A stretch of 64,000 nt of DNA, from contig NMRA01000982.1 of the NCBI GenBank assembly GCA_002633005.1, forward strand, positions 16,361-80,360. The letters run 5' to 3'. The notes beneath the pieces are model-generated. The model saw only the letters and a program-made list of their open reading frames with translations, was not told where the DNA came from and did not search any database. Positions within the stretch are counted from its first letter, which is position 1. Every line of letters begins with the position of its first letter. A program made the translations under genes and the position numbers. Of this stretch, positions 1 to 10,308 are shown in pieces. This DNA comes from Phoronis australis (lineage: Eukaryota > Animalia > Phoronida).

Positions 1-640
1 TATACTTTGGCACGCAAAACGGTGTCTTTTGGGTGTACCCTGCGCAACAAATCAAACGGAATTATGACCACACGGCGTAAGTTACTGTGGTCTATGAATG
101 ATAACTTGGCTACGGGTGATGAAATAGTTTGGTATATAGGCTACTTTTCTGTCACGTCTTGCATTGAGAGATTAGTTTTAATTTCAAACTTGGTTGCAGT
201 TTTGCATGTGCTTGTTCAACTCTTCACAATAACGTCTGTCCTTTGGTGTCCTAGGCAACACCCGTGACATTACCGAGTTGCACGTTACCTACATGTAGTT
301 CCCTCCTCAGTTTTATTCGTTCAGCAGCACTAAGCCAATGCATACCTGCTACACCGAGAAACGGTTTACAATTTCTTTAGTATTTGAAGTTATTCCACTC
401 ACACTCTAATCTCTGATGAGATTTTCTGCAACATTTCACTAATCGTTACCATGGAAACGTTTTCCTGACGCAAAGTTCTGTCTGAATCTCTTTTCCAACA
501 TACTTTCCCGCACGAAGTAGCGTCGGTATTTCCATATTGCACATGAGTCTTGTGGATCTAGTTATTCGCTCAGGTTGTCAAGGTTATCGAAAACTGGGGC
601 TTGATACACTAAGATGTAATTTTACGACGTTCTTACACAG

Positions 641-701
641 AGTCTAAAGGAAGACTAACGCTACCAAACTACTACGACTGGTCTTGGTCTCCGTTCAGAC
701 T
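641..701 (+). CDS. Possible upstream exon of the alpha2-delta-like gene (xSKGRLTLPNYYDWSWSPFR); donor uncertain
   Basis: Acceptor ttcttacacag at 640 and an open frame. Every candidate donor (681, 687, 693, or a non-canonical one at 702) is phase 2 and joins exon 779 in frame, giving YYD...QEWY, like the Cache YD-x-WY motif. All donors are weak. Confidence 0.3.
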
Positions 702-778
702 ATATCTTAAAAAAACTTTGTAAAATTGCGCCATTTGGGCGTAACATTCCCAATCCTTAAGATACTTCTTCATTTCAG

Positions 779-951
779 CCAAGAGTGGTACAAGAACACC
801 ATGCACCGGCCACACAAGACATTCTGCGCATCTTCAGTGTACAACATGTACTTCCGGAAGTACCAAGTAGACAGACATAAAGAGAAATTAATTACTATAT
901 CGCTTCCTATCTACCAGTCGTACGACGTCGTGTATTTTAAGGAGAGAAGAA
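779..951 (+). CDS. alpha2-delta/Cache-domain gene, internal exon (QEWYKNTMHRPHKTF...LITISLPIYQ...)
   Basis: Acceptor cttcatttcag (778) and donor GTATGT (952). The WY...P...S-x-Y...LITISLPIY pattern resembles Cache domains of alpha2-delta/CACHD1. Its phase-1 end matches the phase-1 start of exon 7839. Confidence 0.6.
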
Positions 952-1708
952 GTATGTTAACACCTTTTACTAAGAAAGTTGAAGTAAAAGCTTTAGACTA
1001 CACGCGTGCTTGAAATGCGAGACATCTAGATATGAACCCGGACTCTGGACCTACGCCAAAAGGCAAGGGTCGTGTGTCCGCCGCAACACCCAAAAGCATC
1101 TAGCGTCGTTTTCTTTTAATCGAACGGGAAATTAGGGATAAATAGTAAATCACAAAATATATGATAGTACCACGCATGTTCGGACTTGTTTGGTGCGATT
1201 CTTGATAGTGTGGTTGAACCCGTCGAAAGCGAGACCGTTGGCAAGTATAGGTTTGTCCTCCAAACCCTTTCGAGGAAATTAGCAATGTTATACTTTCACT
1301 ATTGTTACGAACCTTTTTGTTCCATAATCATGACCTTACAAGAATTTGCATTCCATTCTGCTGTTGAATGATGCCAGGTCCTAGAAACTAAGCAATTAAT
1401 CCGTAAACACTAGGTTGTAGGAGATTGGTTTGTGTGTATTTTCACCTGTTAATTTACCATTTTTCTTGCATAAATGTATAGAGCGAATTTCCAATTCCCC
1501 ATTCAAGAAGTCACAAATGTTTTAAACCGCACATTTTCTGCTACAAATGAGGTTGTCGTGATCGAGTTAAACCGACACGTATGCTTAGAAGTAGAGGGCG
1601 CTGTACACAACAGCATTGATTTCGACAATTACAAACAGAAAAACTTTTCTGGCAACCGCTCATCAACTCCAACGGTGGCTGTAAAAGGACGGCACGGCAA
1701 CTTTTTAC

Positions 1709-2559
1709 TCCGTTGATAACTATCGATAGACGTATTGACTCTAGCGATAGGCTTATTAACTCTATAGATATACTATCTCTCGATAGAGTTAGTAGCTCTC
1801 GATAGACTTACTATCTCTATTGATAGATTTACTAACTCTAGCGATGGACTTACTAACTCTATCAATAAACACACTAACTCTATCGATAGACTTATTAACT
1901 CTAACGTCTATCGATAGACTTATTAACTCTACTGATAGACTTATTATCTCTATCGATAGACTTATTAACTCTATCGATAGATTTATTATCTCTATCGATA
2001 GACTTACATAACTCTATCAATAGAGTTACGATACTGAAGCTCCTACCTTGGTTTCAAATTAAAGTGGATGACCAAAACAAGCATATTGTCGATTTATTCA
2101 AGCTAGGACTGACTCAAAATGAAATATGAATAANTCCGTTGATAACTATCGATAGACGTATTGACTCCAGCGATAGGCTTATTAACTCTATAGATATACT
2201 ATCTCTCGATAGCGTTAGTAGCTCTCGATAGACTTACTATCTCTATTGATAGATTTACTAACTCTAGCGATGGACTTACTAACTCTATCGATAAACACAC
2301 TAACTCTATCGATAGACTTATTAACTCTAACGTCTATCGATAGACTTATTAACTCTACTGATAGACTTATTATCTCTATCGATAGACTTATTAACTCTAT
2401 CGATAGATTTATTATCTCTATCGATAGACTTACATAACTCTATCAATAGAGTTACGATACTGAAGCTCCTACCTTGGTTTCAAATTAAAGTGGATGACCA
2501 AAACAAGCATATTGTCGATTTATTCAAGCTAGGACTGACTCAAAATGAAATATGAATAA
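1709..2559. repeat. Near-perfect 426-bp tandem duplication (1709-2133 / 2135-2559) joined by a single N
   Basis: The copies differ by only a few substitutions and N2134 sits exactly at the junction, so this is probably an assembly overlap. Confidence 0.85.
1712..2030 (+). repeat. 21-bp tandem array (CTATCGATAGACTTAYTAACT), left subterminal; repeated at 2138-2456
   Basis: Visible 21-bp periodicity around the 10-bp palindrome CTATCGATAG. Confidence 0.9.
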
Positions 2560-2867
2560 AGGTACATGTACTCATTCGTCGTTTTGGTGCGTCATTAAGC
2601 ACAGGGCAATTGCGACGTGTTTTTGGCGACATTTGGACTTCTGCGCCGTAAAATTATGTTTGATTTTGATGAAATGGTTCGTTTTTTGAAGAACACGTAG
2701 CGGGTTCAGGTCAGGTGCACGGTTTTATATTTATGCATCAGAAGTGCGTAGCAACTGTTGTAACTGTTCCACGAGGCATCAATTGGCAAGTTTTAACTGT
2801 CATTGATCAGTCTGGAGTTGAAGCCAGACGTTGTAAGCGGCCAGTTTGGAGGATATATTTTCAAGAC
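2490..2867 (+). pseudogene. IS3EU-type transposase N-terminal remnant (one stop, frameshifts)
   Basis: Across frameshifts it reads IVDLFKLGLTQNEI*...RRFGASLSTGQLRRV/LATFGLLRRK/DFDEMVRF/EEHVAGSGQVHGFIFMHQKC...VLTVIDQSGVEARRCKRPVWRIY, collinear with the remnant at 43660-44030. Confidence 0.75.
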
Positions 2868-3477
2868 GTGAGATTAACAAAACGTCATAAACGAGTGACA
2901 ATCCCTTATCGTTGTCTGGACCCTTCTCTCATGACGAGTTGCTTTCACCAGAGCTGTTTAATTTAATTTTGATTTGTCTGTTGTTACTTATTTATTGTGT
3001 TTTATCAAGCTCTCCCTTGAGGTCATGTAATAAATAATTGCTCATGACGAATTCAAGTAGTTAGTTCCGATGTTACACTTTTTGTTGGTACAGTTTATAC
3101 AATATTGATACCAGGTGTGAATGTTTGCAGTGAAACGTCAGTAGTGTTTATTTAATATTTATTTAGTAAAATAAAACTCTTAAAACCAGTAACACCACAT
3201 CACTCAATGACAACAAGTCTCACAAATAACATGCACCAATACTGCCGTACTGGCAACTGCACACAACCTGATTGCATCTGTGATAAACAGGCGGTTAAAA
3301 CATGGCGCTTCGACGCAATGGTCAGCACACCTTCAAAAATGGAAGCTATTGTCGATAGGTCTAACCTTCTGAAAGTACCGGTAACGAATCGTTGACTCTT
3401 AAGAAACATCTCACACGTACGTGAATCTGGCTTATAGTTACGGCATCATCATTTGTATGTACACGTACAGTTGTATA

Positions 3478-3951
3478 CAGTGCTGATCGAATCCAATGTC
3501 CTATCGAACGAACTTCAGCCTCAGTCAGGCCTCGGGTGACCTTCAACCGGAGTGAGGTCAGGCTTCGCCCGGACGCGTTCTGAACTCGGTTGGGTTGTGA
3601 CTCACCCTAAGACTGGCCTAGGTTGGACTCGGTTGGACTGCGGTTATTGAGTCATTAAATGTCCGGGGGGTTACCCCTGCATATGCTACCACTGACCGCT
3701 GAACCTGCACTCATGGCTTGATTTCCTCGCAGGTTTTTGTCANCTTACTTACAGTAACCCCCCAGTATTTCCAGCTTTCCGAGCGAAGTAAAAACAAAGC
3801 CAAGGCATAGCACGGACGCGACTTCACTTCGGATTAACCGCGGTCAGACGAAGTCCGGACCTGAGCTAGCCTCGGTCCAACCGCGGTTTGGAACCCGTAT
3901 CCGGACGCGGCCTAGCTGCGTTCGATAGGACGTTGGATTCGATCAGCACTG
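3478..3951. mobile_element. Tc1/mariner-type MITE nested in the IS3EU-like element
   Basis: About 33-bp TIRs (CAGTGCTGATCGAATCCAATGTCCTATCGAACG / CGTTCGATAGGACGTTGGATTCGATCAGCACTG) flanked by TA on both sides; no ORF. Confidence 0.85.
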
Positions 3952-4630
3952 TAACAGGAGAAATGATATATGCCAATTCAAATTTTGTTGAAACAAAAAG
4001 AACGAATTAAATCCATCTTAAACCTATCTTGCTTACAGTTACCGCCACACTGAACATGTATTTTGAAATAAACAACACATCATCTTATATTTTACAAAAG
4101 CTTGTCTACTTAATTAAAAAAAAAACATTTTCAACAGTTCAGCAGTCTGTTTGATGCCTACGTACACTGTATGAGTTCCTGAGCCACGGCAAAAGCCAAC
4201 ATACTGTCAATTTTGAAATCAAGAGTAGAGTGATCTAAGAACCATGATTTTAGACATTATAGCAAAGTTTTTAGCAATGACGGAATCTGAAATCAGGCGT
4301 ATCTTATTCACCCAGATACTGACAATCCAGAACGAGCTTTTAAGCCATAGATCTGCAAGTATAAAAATGGTCGCCAATTTCGAGGTCCAACGGCACCTCA
4401 CTAACCAAATATAGGGTCTGTGCGCCCCGTGTCTACATATGTACTGTATGCCGAGACAAATGACCAGTGACTATTATTCCATAGCAACATGCTGTTGGAG
4501 GTATGACAGGTAAAAAAGCATCATGGTAATCATACAAGATCATTCAATTGTTTAAATAACCATTGCGCCTATCGCTGTGCCTATTTTGTGGGTCATGAAA
4601 CATCGCATTAGTCCCAAACACTAAGTTACT

Positions 4631-5270
4631 AGATATCGATAGAGATAGTAAGTCTATCGATAGAGATTGTAAGTCTATAGATAGAGCTACTAATTCTATC
4701 GATAGAGATAGTAAGTCTGTCGATAGAGATGGTAAGTCTATTGATAGAGATAGTAAGTCTATCGATAGAGCTAGTATAAGTTTATCGATAGAGATTGTAA
4801 GTCTACAGATAGAGCTACTAATTCTATCGATAGAAATAGCAAGTCTATCGATAGACTTATTAACTCTACCGCTAGAGATGGTAAGTCTATTGATAGAGAT
4901 GGTAAGTCTATCGGTAGACTTAATAACTCTATCGATAGAGATGGTAAGTCTGTTGATAGAGATAGTAAGTCTATCGATAGAGCTACTAATTCTATCGATA
5001 GAGATATTAAGTCTATCGATAAAGTTAATAATTCTAGCAATAGAGTCTGTCGATAGAAATAGTAAGTCTATCGATAGAGTTATAACTGTGTCGATAGACT
5101 TATACTAAGCCTATCGATGGAGATAGTAAGTCTATCGGTAGAGTTAGTAAGTCTATCGATAGAGTTACTAAGTCTATTGATAGAGATGGTAAGTCTATCG
5201 ATTGAGTTAATAAGTCTATAGAGTTAGCAAGTCTATCGATAGAGTTAATAAGTCTATCGACAGAGTTAGA
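4631..5270 (-). repeat. 21-bp tandem array (about 30 units), right subterminal, inverted relative to the left array
   Basis: Repeating AGATAGTAAGTCTATCGATAG, the reverse complement of the left-array unit. Confidence 0.9.
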
Positions 5271-5998
5271 AACGGGGAAAAAGTTGCTTTGCTGTCCTTT
5301 TACAGCCACCTTATATCGAAGATAACAGAGGTTTAGTCCAAGCAATAAAATTACCGATCACGGGAAATGAATCCCAAAGAGTATTTTTTGTTGGCTTAAG
5401 CAAAGTTACACTGTATTTGGCCCGGGTTATATCTTAAAATAAAAAAACACTGGGTCAACGGACACAACAGGATAATTCTCGTTTTTTCACAATTCTGAAT
5501 ACTTCAGCATGTGCCCGATGTAATAAATGTATGTGGTTTGATATGACTACATGTACCTCAGCAAGCACGACAGTTGTAAGGCCAACGCTATTTAATGGGA
5601 TGTGTCTGTTTGTGTACTTTTTACCCAGACACTTCTAAATACATACAATGGGTTACCAAAACAGCGTTACCCAAATTATCAATGAAAACCCGTTTTGCCA
5701 TGAAGTACAACAGTTCCATGAATGAATGAAAGGTGCCAACACTTCATTAACTTAAAAAAATCGTTTTCCAAGCAATTTTCATTACATCTTTACATACTAT
5801 TGAAATATTGGATTGCTGATGGACAAAATGAACATTAAGAGGGGTACAAACTGAAACTGCTGTAATCTGGATAGTGTTTGTTAATATTTAAGTTTGCCTC
5901 TGGGATGTCTCCATGAACATTGAGTAACACAGCTTTGTGTTTTATATGACTTATATTTGCAGCGTGGCAAAAGTTGCATGGAAGCATAGAACGCTAGG

Positions 5999-6239
5999 GA
6001 GGAGGCAGTCTGGCCTGGTTGATAAGTGCCCGCTTTCTTTACTCGAGGTCGTGGGTTCGAGTCCCACCAGGTCACACTGCTAAACCCTTGAGCCAGGTTT
6101 CTAGCTCCTCAGCTCGGTTTTAACCATATATTAATAAAGCATCAAAATATTTCCAGATGATTAGTGCAATGGGCCCACATGAGAGGCCTGCGCATATCTG
6201 GTACAACGTGTATCAGACCGCCTGCAATTATTTTTATCT
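5999..6239 (+). mobile_element. tRNA-derived SINE with 13-bp target-site duplication
   Basis: A-box-like TGGCCTGGTTGA and B-box GGTTCGAGTCC. ATAGAACGCTAGG is duplicated at 5986-5998 and 6240-6252. A second copy lies at 59736-59975. Confidence 0.85.
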
Positions 6240-6330
6240 ATAGAACGCTAGGCCTGAAATTCCAACTCCAATCTCGCGGCCGCATGCGCGAAAGTTGTTT
6301 GCATTCGTTTGTTCCGGTATGTGTTCTTGC

Positions 6331-6675
6331 TATGGAATTTACTGTCGTTAAAACTTTTCGCAACTCCGCCGTTTTTCAAGCGAACTGCAAAAAGCCATGT
6401 AATTAGAAAGCCCTTTGTCAGTCCCTGATGATTGTTCCAGAAGCAAAATATGAATATTTTAATTTATTAGTATTTACCATTTCGCATACCTGGATGGTTT
6501 AAAAATAATTTTAATTCTAAAAACCAAGAGTGTTACCAAAATGCGAAAAATAGCAGCGTGTAATAATAAATAGTAACGTCAAAATAGAAACGAACCAGGG
6601 AGTTTATATAAATGACTAGTTTAGCCATTTGAGAAATAATTTCAATGATTCAAAAGATTTCTACCATATGAAGAC
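6331..6675 (+). repeat. Dispersed repeat, inverted homolog of about 30315-30657
   Basis: Shared blocks include TATGGAATTTACTGTC, GCAACTCCGCC, TTAGAAAGCCCTT, CATTTCGCATAC, CCAAAATGCGAAAAATA and TTATATAAATGACT. Confidence 0.7.
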
Positions 6676-7838
6676 AAAGGTTTTAGAATTTGGATCTCTC
6701 ACAATTGCAGTGGACAATTCATCCAAAAGCACACATCTTCATATATATTATCATTAATTGGACCTTTGGTGCCGTTTTCATATAATTGCATTCAAAAGTA
6801 AAAATTCAGAATGCAGTGACATTTACGAAAAAACGACACGACGAACTACTCCAAGAACATGTATATATCCGAAATTTGCAGATAACTATCACGTAGTTTT
6901 GAAATGTACCGTGGATAGATCATTACATTGGTTGCCATGTAGGTCTTTCCATAAAAGTTCAGAAAGTAAAAGTTGGTGATCCTGATACATGTAGTGTATG
7001 ATGACCGTAAACAAGATACGATGGATGACACTTTAACGATTGTTATGTCACTATAGAAAGAGGACTCTGGAAAATAACATCATTAATAAATATTTTGAAC
7101 ACCAGTTGCTCAGTTGTCAAGTCAACATTCAAGAGCCAAAAAACGGAACTATTGGATTGAAAAGAGGGACTTCAGGATAAAAACTGTTGGTAAACTCTTG
7201 ACATGCAGTATAATGCAGTAGGTTGTTGCAAGAGTTTCTACGACTGGAGCTGAAAAGATATCAGGGTCAGAGGTCGGTGCTTATAAAGAACTGTAATTGT
7301 CGGATTTGTTGAATAATTTTGCCGACAAATCGCTGATTGTATGGAACTGTACCTCAAGAGTCTGGCTTGAAGAACAAAATGAAAATAAAGCAATGATATT
7401 AGGCTTGATTTGATCGCTACAACTCTCGATCGGAAGTCAGTCGAGCAGGCAACCGGATGATCCTCAGTGTAAATTCTCGGACTGGTCTCGGGGTCGCAAG
7501 CTCCAATAACACAATGCATAGGTCAAGTGCTGGAGTTGGCATTCCAGAGCTAGAGTTCTGTGATCGAATTGAAAGTACAAATTTTGTTAATTTTCCATGA
7601 AACTCGTGCCGTAAATCGTCAACATTTTGCCGAACCCAAAATAACCATTTCAAGTGAATTCGGTCCCTACTGTCATTTGTGCCTGCTTTCTTTCTAGGAG
7701 TTCTGTGTATAAAGTCGACGACGCTTGTGACTGCATGTGGTGTACGGAAACCACCGGATGAATGAGAAACAATATCAATTTTTACAACACTATAAAATGT
7801 TATAGGCCTAGAAGTAAAAACTTGCAGCTTCTTTTTAG

Positions 7839-7974
7839 GTAATAAAACTTACAAACAACAGTTCGAGGGCGAAAACAGTCTACACGGTGTTTTAGCTGTC
7901 GATATCAACTATGACTATATACATGAGCTCGCGGTGACAATCGGCCGCCATATGGGTATGGACTGTAACCAGAA
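7839..7974 (+). CDS. alpha2-delta/Cache-domain gene, internal exon (NKTYKQQFEGENSLHGVLAVDINYDYIHELAVTIGRHMGMDCNQK)
   Basis: Acceptor cttctttttag and donor GTGAGT (7975). GVLAVDI is the Cache beta-strand motif (G/A-V-V-G-x-D). The phase-2 end joins exon 8392 to give DCNQKCYVID. Confidence 0.75.
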
Positions 7975-8391
7975 GTGAGTGTCGTTACTATCTACGGTAA
8001 TGTTCCATTTATTTCGCTCACTCATCTAATTTTGCACACTCAAAACCGTACAGTTGTACATAAGCATCAGTCGACACATTGTTCCTGACAATCATTATCC
8101 ATGGAAACCCCGAATATAAATGGTTTAGCGGCTGCAAGGTCCAAGTTTGTGAGTTCTTTCAGATTTGTGCAATGAATTGGTTTTACATGTATATCGCCAG
8201 TACACAGTTGCTTACCGAAAGTTACTAGTCGATATTTCTTTAGGTGTGTGGTTACTCGAAAGTTGGTTCAAAACCGCTAACGATTCGGGTCTGCCTCAGG
8301 CGAAACAGTTGCTTGTTCACCACACTTTAACTTCACTTACAACACCTCCTAGAATGAACTTTATCCTACGTAAACATGTAATCATCCGCAG

Positions 8392-8605
8392 GTGTTACGT
8401 GATTGACTCATATGGGAATATGGTGTACGATCCCATTATTAAGAGCTTGCCCTTCCAATACCCGGATCTATATGAAGAGAAATCTCTCAGCTCAGTGGAA
8501 GGATATGTCTTCCGCGAGCTCATTAGACGGGGAATATTCGTGCAAAACAAGGCGTCAGACTTCAAGTCCACGTGTTCGACATTTGACGAGTCCGGCTGTT
8601 CCTTG
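8392..8605 (+). CDS. alpha2-delta/Cache-domain gene, internal exon (CYVIDSYG...EGYVFRELIRRGIFVQNKASDFKSTC)
   Basis: Acceptor catccgcag and donor GTGAGT (8606). Matches the alpha2-delta pattern CYLxDxxG...EGxVxxxLxxxGxF......DYQxxC. Confidence 0.8.
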
Positions 8606-9747
8606 GTGAGTTGTAAATTGCGAGGAACTTCGTCACATTCTCCTGAACTCTCACCGATTCAGTGTAAGTAGCAAGAATACGGGATAACAATCTACCCACT
8701 TAGCTGGGAGTTTAAATCAAGCATGACAAAAATCCCCAGTCTGACACTGGAGGCTGATCGAGTCAGTGTCGTATCAAGGAGTGTAACCTAATGGTACTAC
8801 TCTCCTTGTTCGCACCTAGTGCCGGATCATGCATTGAGCTAACAAATTAAGCCCCGCCTTGAAGTCACAATGTTCCAATGAAATCTGTAGCGACCAGACA
8901 CAGGTCGCATGATGATACAGTCTCAACTAAGCTCCTTAAATATACTGCGTGTTTGTGGACGTGTGAAAACATTGATAGTCTTTTCTCATTAAACTGTTTT
9001 AATTTCATTACTAAGAATTTTTTCCTTCGATACAAATCGATTATTAATATTATTAGAAATATGGGATCTTTTTGTGCAACAATTCCTAATTTAATGACCA
9101 AGTCCCAGTTTATTGTCATTGAACTAAAGGTTCATTTTTATCACATTGTTGGAAAATGACATTAGTCAAAGAGAAACTAAGATAAAACGACTGAAACAGT
9201 TAAATTTGCTACTAAAAAACGACAAAAAATATGCAAAAGCTTTAGAGCGTTTAGTTGAGTACCTATTAGGGAGTTCCTCAAATTGCCAACATCCCCAGAT
9301 TTCTGACAGCTTAGGGCCCCGAGAAACCATAAGCCCACGTAGCAAGAGTGACAGTCCGCCATGCTCACTTCGGGCGACCATACCGGTACTTGCGTGCAAT
9401 GAACATACGGACCCGTTATTCAGTAAACATGCTGGCCTAACACTGAGTCGGGGATGGGGTGGGCTATGAGCCTTTTCAGGAGGAAATATGCAAGTTGCTG
9501 AAAACGAAATTTCTTTGTCGCAAAATTTTTCATGTTGTGATGAGAACAAGCCGAAACTTGTCAAAAAATAGCTTAGTCGAAGGCAGTTGAGTAGAAAGAC
9601 AGCGGACATTGAACTAAACCTGTTTGAAGACATACTTGGACAGACCTTTGGCAGGCTCTCCCGAACTTGGATGAACATCTTGCCAGAGTCATTGTGCCTG
9701 TGTAGTCGGACTTTGGTCACAACAGAATAATTGAGTTCGGAGTTTAA

Positions 9748-10308
9748 AGGGGCATGGGACGCGAAAAATGGTCAAAATATCTTTAAAACAATTCCTGACG
9801 AAACTATCGTCTCGTAAAGTCTAATACAGAGTAATTCACCTTCTCCTGTGAGGAAACTTCCCGAAAAAGTGACAAAATTCACGGTTTTTGAAATTCTCGA
9901 GAAGGGGAAACTCTGTCGTTACCACGTTTCTAGTCTCCCAGTCACTTATGATAAATGCGTGCATGCGCTCACAGTCAGACACTTGAATTCGCTTAAGGAC
10001 AAAGGGCACATTTTCCATATAAGGGAAATATGCCATGTCTATGTCTTACCACACCAAATAAGGAGACGTGCTTTGTCTTGTAGGAGAAAAATCGACAAAT
10101 GGGCGAGCAGTTGACAGATGTTTTTTTTGAAATTAAAAACTAAAGATGTCTTGACATCAACAGAAATTAAACATCTTTGCGAACAAACCCTAAAAATACC
10201 TGTTGAGCAGGTTGATACATGTTTCAATGGGGATTTTCATTTACATTAATTAGAGGGCGCGCGTGTACTAGTGGTGATGGATTAAGCAGCCTCGATTTCG
10301 AGCTCCCT
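9748..10308. mobile_element. Non-autonomous TTAA-flanked (Kolobok-like) element; related copy at 49351-49740
   Basis: TTAA-AG...CT-TTAA boundaries. The internal segment at about 9870-9985 matches the reverse complement of about 49460-49575 (ACAAAATTCAC...AAACTCTGT.GTTACCAC...CACTTATGATAAATGC). Confidence 0.45.

Larger units (their letters stand above)
1671..5313 (+). mobile_element. Internally deleted IS3EU-like DNA transposon with large subterminal 21-bp repeat arrays
   Basis: About 40-bp inverted termini: AACGGTGGCTGTAAAAGGACGGCACGGCAACTTTTT at 1671 and AAAAAGTTGCTTTGCTGTCCTTTTACAGCCACCTTA ending at 5313. Inverted 21-bp arrays lie inside both ends and a transposase remnant lies at 2490-2867. 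No TSD is recognisable. Confidence 0.75.

Noticed and set aside
1712-5345. ORFs of LSIDLLT-type repeats (1820, 2246, 4771, 4878, 5100), and a CRISPR-like reading of the arrays
   Set aside because: They are translations of the 21-bp tandem unit. The units abut without unique spacers, there are no cas genes, and the context is eukaryotic.
6000-6075. tRNA gene
   Set aside because: A and B boxes are present but there is no convincing cloverleaf. It continues into a body shared with 59736-59975 and has a TSD, so it is a SINE.
8878-9720. Overlapping ORFs 8878, 9146 and 9166
   Set aside because: Coding-like patches are interrupted by stops and have no recognisable motif. This may be a decayed TE gene but cannot be supported.
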